Shown here piece by piece: positions 1-8,924 of a DNA stretch of 42,958 nt (its first letter is position 1; every line of letters starts with the position of its first letter). Below the pieces are notes generated by a model. It did no database searches. It saw nothing but the letters and a program-made list of their open reading frames with translations, and was not told the DNA's origin. Source of the stretch: Candidatus Omnitrophota bacterium (GTDB lineage Bacteria > Omnitrophota > Gorgyraeia > Gygaellales > Profunditerraquicolaceae); assembly GCA_041308825.1 (NCBI GenBank), contig JBFZAU010000121.1, positions 1 through 42,958 of the forward strand, written 5' to 3'. Made by a program: the position numbers and the translations under genes.

Positions 1-17
1 CGACGCTCTTCCGATCT
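1..17 (-). other. Illumina TruSeq adapter remnant at the contig end (not biological sequence)
   Basis: The reverse complement of 1-17 reads AGATCGGAAGAGCGTCG, the canonical adapter read-through sequence. Confidence 0.9.
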
Positions 18-505
18 AAAAGTACCCCGGAAATTTCTTCGGCTTTATTGACGCTTTTAGAGATCACCTCTAAAAGCGCATGCTTACGGGGGAAACGTTT
101 TTCGGATTTATGAAGATTCAGTTGGGTGCGGATAAGATTAATCACATCCTCGGCGTCAGACTGATCGAGAATGGTAAAATTATTGTTTAGCTCAAGCAGC
201 TTGGCGTATTTTCTTAAAATACTATTAGCAAATGAATGAAATGTCCCGCCGGAGACATGCTTGCAACGGTCATCTAAAAGAAGGCTGGCTCTGCGCAGCA
301 TCTCTTCGGCTGCCCGGCGGGTAAAAGTAAGCAGAAGGATACTTTCCGGGGCAATGCCTTTTTCCACTAAATATGCTACCCGATGCACCAAGACCCGGGT
401 TTTCCCGCTCCCCGCCCCGGCAATCACCAAATGCGGTCCGCTAACCGACTCAACAGCTTGAAGCTGGGCCGGGTTTAATTCCCGGCGGTAATCTATTTTT
501 TTCAT
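18..505 (-). CDS. UvrD/PcrA/Rep-family ATP-dependent DNA helicase, N-terminal fragment that runs off the contig
   Basis: Manual translation from ATG at 505-503 gives MKKIDYRRELNPAQLQAVESVSGPHLVIAGAGSGKTRVLVHRVAYLVEKGIAPESILLLTFTRRAAEEM...GGTFHSF. It has the Walker A motif GAGSGKT and helicase motifs Ia/II-like typical of superfamily 1 UvrD helicases. It is absent from the ORF track because it is open-ended. Confidence 0.85.
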
Positions 506-587
506 CTTTTGCCTATTTTAGAATATGAGCTATTTAATCCTGTAAATAGCGAGGTATGCTTGAAAAATTTTTTAGGGATCGGATATT

Positions 588-1181
588 TTATGTGCCGGGG
601 TTAATCTGCGCCCGATTTATTTTCTGCGGAGTGACCGGCCGGTCATCGGCATCAACCGGAGTATTCTCGATCTTTTGCACTGTTTCCAGCCCGTAAATTA
701 CCTCCCCAAAGATAGTATGGCGCATATCCAACCACGGAGTTTTAGCGCAAGTAATAAAAAATTGGCTGCCGTTGGTATTGGGCCCGCTGTTGGCCATCGC
801 CAGAATGCCCGGGCCGTCAAATTTAACCTCGGGAGTTACTTCATCGGCAAAGGGCTTACCCCAAATAGATTCCCCTCCCCTACCGGTGCCCGTAGGGTCG
901 CCCCCCTGGATCATAAACCCTTTAATCACCCGGTGAAAAATTAATCCGTTATAATATCCTTTTTCTACCAATTTTACGAAGTTTTCACAGGCCTTGGGAG
1001 CAATATCCTCTTTAAGCCGGATTTCAATTTTACCTTGATTCGTTTCTAAAATTACGATTGTATTGGCCATCGCAAAAGTTCCTCCGCAGTAAAAGGTTAA
1101 CCCTAAGATTAATAATGCCATAAAGATTTTATTCTTTTTCACCATCATCTCCTCTTTTGGTCTATTTCTCCGGAGGCTCAC
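588..1181 (-). CDS. Secreted cyclophilin-type peptidyl-prolyl cis-trans isomerase
   Basis: The cyclophilin signature FHRVIKGFMIQGGDPTGTGRGGESIWG is present, with an N-terminal signal-peptide-like segment KKNKIFMALLILGLTFYCGGTFAMA. The true start is uncertain: GTG at 1181 overlapping the upstream stop, or ATG/GTG around 1140-1148 after a GAGGAG RBS. Confidence 0.85.
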   Translation of the reverse strand: MSLRRNRPKEEMMVKKNKIFMALLILGLTFYCGGTFAMANTIVILETNQGKIEIRLKEDIAPKACENFVKLVEKGYYNGLIFHRVIKGFMIQGGDPTGTGRGGESIWGKPFADEVTPEVKFDGPGILAMANSGPNTNGSQFFITCAKTPWLDMRHTIFGEVIYGLETVQKIENTPVDADDRPVTPQKINRAQINPGT

Positions 1182-2227
1182 TTTTGGCTATCCGGTATAT
1201 CTTTTTCCTGAGACGGCGAAGAACTGCCGCTATTTTCTAGCCCTGTTTTACTGGTCGGTTCCGGGGCTATATTTTGTACGCTAGAATCCGTCGGTAAATC
1301 TAGTGTTACCGGGGTAGGCGGGTTGCTGCGGGGAAGGTCTTCTTTAATGCCGGTATCCTGCCCGGCGGATGCGTCTTCTACTGGAGGAACTTTTTGTGTT
1401 TGCGGCGCTTCTTCCGCAGCGGAGGTTTCCAGACCTGGTATTGGTTTATCTTCTTCTTTAGTCTGACCGGTTGACTTCGCTTCCTGTCCGAGCTGGCTCT
1501 TTTTATTCTCTTGAGCCGAGCGTAAATGAGCGATTTCCGCAGCAAAGCTCTTCAGCCGTTCCTGGTTGGCCTCAAATTCTTTTTCCAGTTTTGTATATTC
1601 CTCATTCAGCTGGTTAAATTCGGATTTAGGCACCCATTCGCTGATCTTTTCTTTCCGGCTATATTCGGCAATCTTTGCCGCATGTTCATTAATCGTTTGC
1701 GTATGCGCTTCAAGTTGATGCTTCTGCGCCTGCAACTCATCCTCCTTGAGCCGGCAGGCCATCTCCTTAGCCTCCAGGGCCGCCTTAATCTCGCGGACCT
1801 CCCGCGTCAAATTCACGTTTTTAGTAAATTCATCCTCCAGCTCTTTTTCTTTGGCCGTAAACCTATTGGTTAACTCGACATTTTCAGTTTTTATTTTGGC
1901 CAGTTCTGCCTCCGCTTTGGCTACCCATTCTTCCCGGCGTTTTAATTCCGTATTAAATCCCGTTTCCTTTTCTTTAAGCGCGGCCAAATCAGATTTCTCC
2001 TGGCTGCTGGTAGTCTTAGATTCTGCTAATTCTCCTTCCAGCTGAGCAATCTGGCTTTGCAGACGTTGGATCTTTTGTTCCTTGCCGGGATCCGCGGCAG
2101 CCAGAGGAGGATCCTGGATTTTAAGTTTGGAATGGGCCGGGCTGCTACCAGAGGTAAAAACCCCATAGACCGCATAGATGACTAATCCCACTCCTAAAGC
2201 TACTAAAATTTGCATCAAAAGCATCAT
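1178..2227 (-). CDS. Membrane-anchored coiled-coil protein with a low-complexity Pro/Ser/Thr-rich tail (hypothetical)
   Basis: There is an N-terminal hydrophobic helix (MMLLMQILVALGVGLVIYAVYGVF) followed by long heptad-like E/K/L/Q-rich segments. The ORF overlaps both neighbours by 4 nt (ATGA/GTGA coupling). Confidence 0.6.
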   Translation of the reverse strand: MMLLMQILVALGVGLVIYAVYGVFTSGSSPAHSKLKIQDPPLAAADPGKEQKIQRLQSQIAQLEGELAESKTTSSQEKSDLAALKEKETGFNTELKRREEWVAKAEAELAKIKTENVELTNRFTAKEKELEDEFTKNVNLTREVREIKAALEAKEMACRLKEDELQAQKHQLEAHTQTINEHAAKIAEYSRKEKISEWVPKSEFNQLNEEYTKLEKEFEANQERLKSFAAEIAHLRSAQENKKSQLGQEAKSTGQTKEEDKPIPGLETSAAEEAPQTQKVPPVEDASAGQDTGIKEDLPRSNPPTPVTLDLPTDSSVQNIAPEPTSKTGLENSGSSSPSQEKDIPDSQK

Positions 2228-3546
2228 GGCGCATTATCCTTCTGGCGTAGTTTTTCCAGGCGCTCCTTAATCTTAGCCTCATGGCCTAAACCGGTAGGCT
2301 CATAATAGCATATTTTTTGGGAGGTGTATTGTTGTTTTACATAATGCTCCGGATAATCATGGCTGTATTTATATCCCTGCCCATGGCCAAGTTTTTTGGC
2401 ACCTTGATAAGAAGCATCTTTGAGATGATCCGGAACATCCTGTACTTTATTCTCTTGGATGTCCTGGGTCGCCTTTTCCAGGGCTAAATAGCTGGCGTTG
2501 GATTTGGGGGCGCAGGCTACATAAATTACCGCCTGGGCCAAAGGAATCCTGGCTTCCGGCATGCCGACGAATTCGGAAATTTGCAAAGCGGCATTGGCTA
2601 AAACTAAAGCCAGCGGATCGGCATTGCCTACATCTTCGGCGGCTAAAATACAAACCCGGCGGGCGATAAAGCGCGAATCCTCTCCGGCATAGAGCATCTT
2701 GGCCATCCAGTAAATCGCCGCATCCGGATCAGAACCGCGCATCGATTTAATAAAAGCCGAGGCCGTATCATAATGGCCGTCTTCATCATGGTCATAAACT
2801 ACCGCTTTTTTCTGGATTGATTCCTGGGCAATCCCTAAATCAAAACGAACATACCCCTCTTTATCCGCAGGGGTGGTTAAAACCCCAAGCTCCAGGGCTG
2901 ATAAGGCCCGGCGCGCGTCTCCTTCGCTGATCTTGGCTAAAAAATTAAGCGCCTTTTTATCGGCTTTTACCCTGAAATTACCCAGCCCTCTTTCTTTGTC
3001 TTTCAAAGCCAAATTAATTATCTTCAGCAGTTCGGGTGCCTCCAGCGGTTTTAATTCACACACAATCGAACGGGAAAGCAGGGCTGAAGTCAGGGAAAAA
3101 TACGGATTATGCACCGTCGCGCCGATTAATACCAAACCGCCCTCTTCCACATCCGGCAGCAGCACATCCTGCTGGGCTTTATTAAAACGGTGGATCTCAT
3201 CGATAAAAAGGACGGTTTTCTTTTGTTGCTGGCGGGATTTAAGTTTAGCCGTAGCAATAATTTTTCTTAATTCTTCGACGTTGGAGGTTGTGGCGTTGAT
3301 CGCCACATAATTGGCTTGCGTGAGATTAGCGATACACCAGGCCAACGAGGTTTTCCCCGTCCCCGGCGGGCCAAAAAGGATCAGCGAGGCCAGCCGGTCA
3401 GCTTCAATCGCCCGGCGCAATAACTTATTTTTGCCTAAAATATGCTCTTGACCGATGAACTGATCAAGGTGAGCCGGGCGCAGGCGGACGGCTAAAGGAG
3501 CATTTTTATCTTGGGGATTGGGAGTATCTTGAGTAAATAAGTCCAT
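2224..3546 (-). CDS. rarA: Replication-associated recombination protein A (AAA+ ATPase RarA/MgsA)
   Basis: Walker A GPPGTGKTSLA and Walker B LFIDEIHRFNKAQQD are present. The C-terminal MgsA domain is supported by HYDTASAFIKSMRGSDPDAAIYWMAKML and GYKYSHDYP. Confidence 0.9.
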   Translation of the reverse strand: MDLFTQDTPNPQDKNAPLAVRLRPAHLDQFIGQEHILGKNKLLRRAIEADRLASLILFGPPGTGKTSLAWCIANLTQANYVAINATTSNVEELRKIIATAKLKSRQQQKKTVLFIDEIHRFNKAQQDVLLPDVEEGGLVLIGATVHNPYFSLTSALLSRSIVCELKPLEAPELLKIINLALKDKERGLGNFRVKADKKALNFLAKISEGDARRALSALELGVLTTPADKEGYVRFDLGIAQESIQKKAVVYDHDEDGHYDTASAFIKSMRGSDPDAAIYWMAKMLYAGEDSRFIARRVCILAAEDVGNADPLALVLANAALQISEFVGMPEARIPLAQAVIYVACAPKSNASYLALEKATQDIQENKVQDVPDHLKDASYQGAKKLGHGQGYKYSHDYPEHYVKQQYTSQKICYYEPTGLGHEAKIKERLEKLRQKDNAP

Positions 3547-3556
3547 ATAAAAGAGA

Positions 3557-3712
3557 ATCCCCGCAAGAGTGCCGTTGGAATGACATTCTGAACCGATTTG
3601 GCTTCAGGTGGGTGCCCTATCTAGCGGCACACGTGCCGAAAGAATAATGGGGCTCCCATGAAAATAGTGTTGGTTCAACAATTATCAAATTTCCAACGCG
3701 CACCGCAGGGAT
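3557..3712 (-). ncRNA. Candidate structured RNA: long irregular hairpin (6S-like architecture, or a structured 5' leader of rarA)
   Basis: 3557-3580 pairs with 3691-3712, giving about 20 bp interrupted by one internal loop and one bulge. An inner helix pairs 3589-3594 with 3672-3677, and local hairpins lie at 3612-3630 and 3647-3659. On the minus strand the closing helix is followed by a U-rich stretch (UCUCUUUUAU), and a promoter lies about 30 nt upstream. Confidence 0.35.
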
Positions 3713-3740
3713 ATCTAAAAGAACAATTCTATTCTAAAAA

Positions 3741-3769
3741 AGTATAGCATATATTTTTTCCGGAATCAA
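3741..3769 (-). promoter_or_regulatory. Sigma70-like promoter reading toward the structured element and rarA
   Basis: Minus strand TTGATT (3769-3764), a 17-nt spacer, then TATACT (3746-3741). Confidence 0.45.
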
Positions 3770-3805
3770 TCCTAGCTATTTTTTGCGGCGGCCAAACGCC
3801 GGCGA

Positions 3806-5836
3806 TTAACGCAGCTTAATCCCGAATTTTTCCGTTAATAAAGAACAGATGCCGTTATGCACCGGAGTAACCTCTTCCTCCGTCAACGTGCGGTTACCCT
3901 GCCGGTAGATACAGGATACGGTCAGCCCCCTAAAACCGGAAGGAATTTGCTTGCCCTGGTAGTAATCTACGATTTTAGCCAGGCTTAACAGCGGCTGGCC
4001 GCCAGAGCGGATTGCCGCGAGCATTTCACTCACCGAAAAATCTTCTGGCATCACAAAGCTGATGTCCCGGATAATCGAAGGATATTTAGGAATCTCTCTA
4101 AACCGCGTGCTTAAATTCATTGTTTCTAATAATCTTTCCAGGTTCAGCTGGGCTAAAACTACCCGGCGGTTTTTAATCTCGAAGGCTTGTAAAATCCGGG
4201 GAGTTAACTCCAAAAGAAAGCCTGCGGGTTTCTGGTTAATTACAATATTTACCCGCTGGTCTTTTCGGGCAATCAAATCAAAACTTTCAATCCCCAGCCG
4301 GCTTAACAAAGTTTCTAAAATACCTTTTAGGTGTAAAAGAGTAAATTCATCCTTGGCTAAACCGTTCTTGGTAAAAAATGACTTGGCCCCGCAGAGGGCG
4401 ATACCTAATAACGGCTCCTCTGCAACCGAATGGTTTTGACCGGAAAAAACACTGGCCACTTCAAAAAGACTCACCTGTTCCTGCTGTTGGTTTACATTAT
4501 AAGCTACGGCGCCAACCAGGCTTGGCCAAAGCGCCGGGCGTAAAACCTCCTGCTCGGTACTTAAAGGATTGGCAATCGCCACTATCCCGGTATCCTGGCT
4601 GATTTCAGATTGCTTAAGCAGGGTACGATCAACCAGGCTATAGGTAATCGCCTCATTTAAGCCTAAACCGCTTAAGATGCTTTTTATTCGGCCGATAACT
4701 TCCTGCCGATCCTGGTTTGCCATGACCGGTTTAACCGGCGGCAGAGTTTGGGTTATCCGCTCGTAACCATAAATTCTGGCTACCTCCTCAACCAGATCTA
4801 CCGGCTGCTTTAAATCCTGGCGAAAACTAGGAATGCTGACGGTGAGAACATTTTTGCTCTTAACCTTGGCGGGAAGTTCTAAGCGGTTTAAAATCTGCCT
4901 AACCTGGGTGACAGAAATTGCCGTACCTAATAATTTGTTTAAATAAACGGTTTCCAAATTAATCTTGGGGCGGGCGGTTTTAGCTGTTCCTACGTTCTTG
5001 ACTCCTGCCGGTTTGCCGCCGGCTAATTTTAAAATCATTTCCTGGGCGGCCAAAGAAGCAGCGCTAGTACCTGCTAAATCCACTCCTCTTTCAAAGCGGT
5101 AAGCGGATTCCGACTGCAACCCTAATCTTTGTTTAGTCCGGCGGACCAAAACCGGATTAAATACCGCTGATTCTAGCAGAATATTACGCGTATCAAGGGT
5201 CACCTCGGTTTCCGAGCCTCCCATAATCCCCGCAATTGCCACGGGATGATCTCTGTCTGCAATCACCAGCACCCCCGGATCCAAAACCCTATTTTGTCCA
5301 TCCAGGGTAACAAGCTTTTCTCCGGCGCGGCTGCGGCGTACTTTAATTTCCCCTTGAGGCAACTTATCTAAATCAAAAGCATGTAATGGCTGGCCCAGTT
5401 CAAACAAACAATAGTTAGTGATGTCCACAACATTGTTAATACTGCGGCAGCCTAAAGCCGCTAAACTTTTTTGCAGCCACTGCGGAGAAACACCAACCTT
5501 AAGGCCGGAAATAATCCTGGCGCTGTAAAACGGGCAGTCTTTTTTGTCGGCAACTGAAATTTTTACGGGATAAGCCGAGCCGGCCTTAGATTGAGATCCG
5601 CTAAAAACGGGACTTTTCAACTTTAACCCGTAGATGGCGCTTACCTCCCGGGCCACCCCCAGAACGCTTAACCAGTCAGGACGGTTAGAGGTAATCTCGA
5701 TCTCCAGCACAAAATCCTCTCCCTCTTTTTCCAGAGCAACAACCTCTAAACCCGCCATGGTTAGCCCCGCGGCTAAGTTTTGAGGAGAGACCCTAATATC
5801 CACAAATTTTTTTAACCAGCTATAGGTAACTTTCAT
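3806..5836 (-). CDS. pheT: Phenylalanine--tRNA ligase beta subunit (short form lacking the B2 tRNA-binding OB domain)
   Basis: N-terminus MKVTYSWLKKFVD...MAGLEV is followed directly by LEIEITSNRPDWLSVLGVAREV, then the B3/4 domain (NYCLFELGQPLHAFD) and a C-terminal FDX-ACB-like domain. It is adjacent to pheS. Confidence 0.9.
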   Translation of the reverse strand: MKVTYSWLKKFVDIRVSPQNLAAGLTMAGLEVVALEKEGEDFVLEIEITSNRPDWLSVLGVAREVSAIYGLKLKSPVFSGSQSKAGSAYPVKISVADKKDCPFYSARIISGLKVGVSPQWLQKSLAALGCRSINNVVDITNYCLFELGQPLHAFDLDKLPQGEIKVRRSRAGEKLVTLDGQNRVLDPGVLVIADRDHPVAIAGIMGGSETEVTLDTRNILLESAVFNPVLVRRTKQRLGLQSESAYRFERGVDLAGTSAASLAAQEMILKLAGGKPAGVKNVGTAKTARPKINLETVYLNKLLGTAISVTQVRQILNRLELPAKVKSKNVLTVSIPSFRQDLKQPVDLVEEVARIYGYERITQTLPPVKPVMANQDRQEVIGRIKSILSGLGLNEAITYSLVDRTLLKQSEISQDTGIVAIANPLSTEQEVLRPALWPSLVGAVAYNVNQQQEQVSLFEVASVFSGQNHSVAEEPLLGIALCGAKSFFTKNGLAKDEFTLLHLKGILETLLSRLGIESFDLIARKDQRVNIVINQKPAGFLLELTPRILQAFEIKNRRVVLAQLNLERLLETMNLSTRFREIPKYPSIIRDISFVMPEDFSVSEMLAAIRSGGQPLLSLAKIVDYYQGKQIPSGFRGLTVSCIYRQGNRTLTEEEVTPVHNGICSLLTEKFGIKLR

Positions 5837-5839
5837 ATT

Positions 5840-6853
5840 TTAGAATTGTTTTAAAAACCTTAAGTCGTTCTCAAAAAATAACCGGATATCGTTAATCCCG
5901 TATTTAAGCATCGCGATTCTTTCTACGCCCATCCCAAAGGCAAACCCGGTATAAATTTTAGGATCATATCCTACCTGAGTAAATACATTCGGGTGGATCA
6001 TCCCGGCTCCCAGAATTTCCAACCAACCTTTCCTACCGCACACCGAACAACCTTTACCTCGACACATAATACAAGAAATGTCTACCTCTACCGATGGCTC
6101 GGTAAACGGGAAAAAATGCGGACGAAAACGCATTTTAATCTCCTGGCCAAAAACACTGCGGGCAAAAAGCTCCAAAACACCCTTTAAATCGCAAAACCGG
6201 ATATTTTCATCAACCAAAAAACCTTCAATCTGGTGAAACATAAAAAGATGGCTGGCATCCACCGCATCCGGCCGGTAGACCCTGCCTGGCACAACCACCG
6301 CCAAGGGAGGTTTTTGTGTCTGCATCACCCGCACCTGCGCCGGAGAGGTGTGGCTGCGCAACAGCAGCTTGCTGTAATCTTTCAAATAAAAAGTATCGAA
6401 GGCGTCGCGGGAGGGATGTTCTAACGGTATATTTAATCCGGTAAAATTATTATGTTCTGTTTCTACCTCCGGCCCGGAGACTACCGCAAAACCCATCCGG
6501 GTAAAAATGCGGCAAATTTCATCGATAATCTGGGTAATCGGATGACGATGCCCCAGCTCCTGGGCAATCCCCGGCATCCCCATATCAAATCGGCCTGGCT
6601 TGAAATCTCCTTCCGGCAGACTGAATGATTTTTCTTTTTCTGCCAATAAGCCCAGAAGTTTATTTTTTAGCGCATTTACCTCTTTTCCAAAACTCCCCCG
6701 CTGCTCAACCGGCAAACCGGGGATAGAACCAGTGAGCTGTGCAATCAATCCTTTGCGCCCCAAATACTTTAGGCGCAGATCTTCCAGGTCTTGCTGGGAA
6801 GCAATCCCGGCCAGGTCGCTGTCTACTTGTGCTTGAATAGTCTTAAGATCCAT
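5840..6853 (-). CDS. pheS: Phenylalanine--tRNA ligase alpha subunit
   Basis: Class II aaRS motifs are present: HPITQIIDEI, FRPHFFPFTEPSVEVD and GFAFGMGVERIAMLKYGI. Confidence 0.95.
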   Translation of the reverse strand: MDLKTIQAQVDSDLAGIASQQDLEDLRLKYLGRKGLIAQLTGSIPGLPVEQRGSFGKEVNALKNKLLGLLAEKEKSFSLPEGDFKPGRFDMGMPGIAQELGHRHPITQIIDEICRIFTRMGFAVVSGPEVETEHNNFTGLNIPLEHPSRDAFDTFYLKDYSKLLLRSHTSPAQVRVMQTQKPPLAVVVPGRVYRPDAVDASHLFMFHQIEGFLVDENIRFCDLKGVLELFARSVFGQEIKMRFRPHFFPFTEPSVEVDISCIMCRGKGCSVCGRKGWLEILGAGMIHPNVFTQVGYDPKIYTGFAFGMGVERIAMLKYGINDIRLFFENDLRFLKQF

Positions 6854-7308
6854 GTCAGTAATATCGCCCCTAATAAAATAATACTCAAGGTTACTTTATC
6901 GGAATTCAACTTTTCCCCCACCACTCTGCCGGCAGCAATCTTGCGTAAAGCCTGAGCGTGGATATCCAATTCCCCTCCATGCGCAGGACAGGCCCGATGG
7001 AAAATACCGTCTACTTCCACTCTGTCCCCTCGGGTTTTATAGTTACCGATAAAATTTATATCTTTGATTAAAGCGGAGTTGACCCAAACCCCCAGGGTAT
7101 TCTCTCCGTCATGGATATTCACCCAGGCAAATTCCCCCCGCCGCATAATCTCTCCAATCACCTCTCCGGCATAAGTAACGGGTTTGCCGTCATATTCCCG
7201 GGAATGATTAATTAACTCTGCGCTGGTTTGGCTTTGGGCAAAAATAATCCCCGGCAGGCAGGTACAATAAAACACAACCACCAAAATCAATGTTAACTTA
7301 TTTTTCAT
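6823..7308 (-). CDS. Hypothetical exported protein with a signal peptide and a C-terminal membrane anchor
   Basis: Signal-like N-terminus MKNKLTLILVVVFYCTCLPGIIFAQS and C-terminal helix LSIILLGAILLTWILRLF. It overlaps the trkH stop by 4 nt and the pheS start by 31 nt. I recognise no family. Confidence 0.5.
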   Translation of the reverse strand: MKNKLTLILVVVFYCTCLPGIIFAQSQTSAELINHSREYDGKPVTYAGEVIGEIMRRGEFAWVNIHDGENTLGVWVNSALIKDINFIGNYKTRGDRVEVDGIFHRACPAHGGELDIHAQALRKIAAGRVVGEKLNSDKVTLSIILLGAILLTWILRLFKHK

Positions 7309-8807
7309 TTTCCTTCAAACCGGGCGATTAAAACCCCCAGGATCGTAAAGACAGACATAAACTCAAGTCTCCCTACCCACATCTGCAGAATATACGTAAT
7401 TTTGAGGCCGGTTGGCATCGCCGCATTGGTAATCCCGCAAGACAGCCCGACATTAGCGGCGGCCGAAGTTGATTCAAAGAGCGACTCCAAAAAAGGATAG
7501 CCGTAAAACATTCCCGCTAATGTACCCAGCCCATATAAAATTATATAAGCCAGAGTAATCATCAACGCGCCCCTGGCCAGCTTGTCCTCTAAAAATACCT
7601 CCCGGATGTGGTGTAATTTTTCAATCACCAGGGAATGTTCCGGCATAATAATTCTTTTTAAGTCTTCTTTAAATGATTTAATGATTATCCCCAAACGCAA
7701 CATTTTAATCGCACCCGTAGTCGAACAGACCGCGCCGCCTAAGGCCATCGCGACGATCACCCCCGACAAAGCCAGAGGATTCCAGTCGGTGCCAAATTGC
7801 GGGGCATAAATCGTCTGAAAACCCGTTCCGGTATGGCCGGAGAGCAACTGGTAAAATCCTTTCCGGAACAGTATGGCTGCCGCCGGGTATGCCTGGGCCT
7901 GACGCAAGCCTACCGCGACCAGGATAAAAAGAGTAATGACCGTAATAAAAAAAGTCCGGGTTTCGATATTTTTGAACAGCTCTTTACGATTGCCCATCCA
8001 AAGATGATAGTGCAACTTAAAATTAATCGCCCCCAAAACCATAAAGATTATCGTGATTAATTCGAAGGCAAAACTATGGTAATAAAGAATGCTTTGTGAT
8101 TGCGGGCTAAACCCCCCGGTATCAAAAGCCGCCATGAATATGCAGGCGCCATGAAACAAGGAATTAAGCGGATGCATTCCGTTGGCCATTCCGGTTATCC
8201 CCAGAGCCAATGTGCCTAAAATCAGATAGACGATACTCACCAGCCAAATAAACCGGGCGGTGTTGATCACGTTGGGCATGATCTTTTCTTCCCTGGCCTC
8301 ACCCACGTACATTTTGAATGCCCCGGAAAACCCCTTCACGAAAAAAGAAAGCGCAATCACGACGATCCCCTGACCGCCTAAAAACATGGAAAAGTGACGC
8401 CAGAAATTATGCGCATAAGAAAGGTGGTCTAAATCCTGCACCAATATCAGACCGGTCGTGGCAAAACCGGACATCGCTTCAAAACAAGCATCGAGGAATG
8501 ATTTCCAGTGGCCGCTTAAATGTAAAGGAACCGCTCCCAGAAACATCGCCACTACCCAGGATAAACTTACCACAATCATCCCCTGCATCCAGTTAAGATC
8601 CTTGTCGGTATGGCAAATTTTCAGTAACAGCAGGCCGGCTAAAACCGAGATCTCGATACCCAGAATAAAATCCAGGGCCGGATTAGTTTCCTTAAAAGCC
8701 AGGGCGATTAACAAGGGGATCACCATGGTGATGGCTAACCCCAAAATTATTTTACCCAGGTAAAAACCGATAATTTTTAGATCTTCCAGGTGGGGCCTCA
8801 GAATCAT
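7305..8807 (-). CDS. trkH: TrkH/KtrB-family potassium uptake membrane subunit
   Basis: A 500-aa polytopic protein with repeated pore-loop GxG-like motifs (GFATTG, TGGFS, GTGFQ, NVGLS). It sits next to two TrkA genes. Confidence 0.85.
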   Translation of the reverse strand: MILRPHLEDLKIIGFYLGKIILGLAITMVIPLLIALAFKETNPALDFILGIEISVLAGLLLLKICHTDKDLNWMQGMIVVSLSWVVAMFLGAVPLHLSGHWKSFLDACFEAMSGFATTGLILVQDLDHLSYAHNFWRHFSMFLGGQGIVVIALSFFVKGFSGAFKMYVGEAREEKIMPNVINTARFIWLVSIVYLILGTLALGITGMANGMHPLNSLFHGACIFMAAFDTGGFSPQSQSILYYHSFAFELITIIFMVLGAINFKLHYHLWMGNRKELFKNIETRTFFITVITLFILVAVGLRQAQAYPAAAILFRKGFYQLLSGHTGTGFQTIYAPQFGTDWNPLALSGVIVAMALGGAVCSTTGAIKMLRLGIIIKSFKEDLKRIIMPEHSLVIEKLHHIREVFLEDKLARGALMITLAYIILYGLGTLAGMFYGYPFLESLFESTSAAANVGLSCGITNAAMPTGLKITYILQMWVGRLEFMSVFTILGVLIARFEGK

Positions 8808-8920
8808 TTTTTAATATAGATTATCCAGCAGATCAAAAAAGCGACCAGCATAATCAAACCGACATAGAAAATTTCTGCGGTAATTCCGAAAATAATATTT
8901 AAGGTGGGTTTAAGCTTCAT
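8804..8920 (-). CDS. Unannotated 38-aa single-pass membrane mini-protein, translationally coupled to trkH
   Basis: Manual translation gives MKLKPTLNIIFGITAEIFYVGLIMLVAFLICWIIYIKK. Its TGA overlaps the trkH ATG (ATGA), and it fills the trkA-trkH gap exactly. No clear SD is present. Confidence 0.4.
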   Translation of the reverse strand: MKLKPTLNIIFGITAEIFYVGLIMLVAFLICWIIYIKK

Positions 8921-8924
8921 CAGT

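Noticed and set aside
261-461. Numerous 60-190-aa ORFs antisense to or overlapping large conserved genes, for example 261-461, 1526-1873, 2873-3310, 8965-9528, 34025-34480, 34839-35378 and 38908-39258
   Set aside because: They lie opposite strongly conserved housekeeping CDSs, have Ser/Arg/Leu-rich low-complexity translations and lack RBSs. They are typical shadow ORFs.
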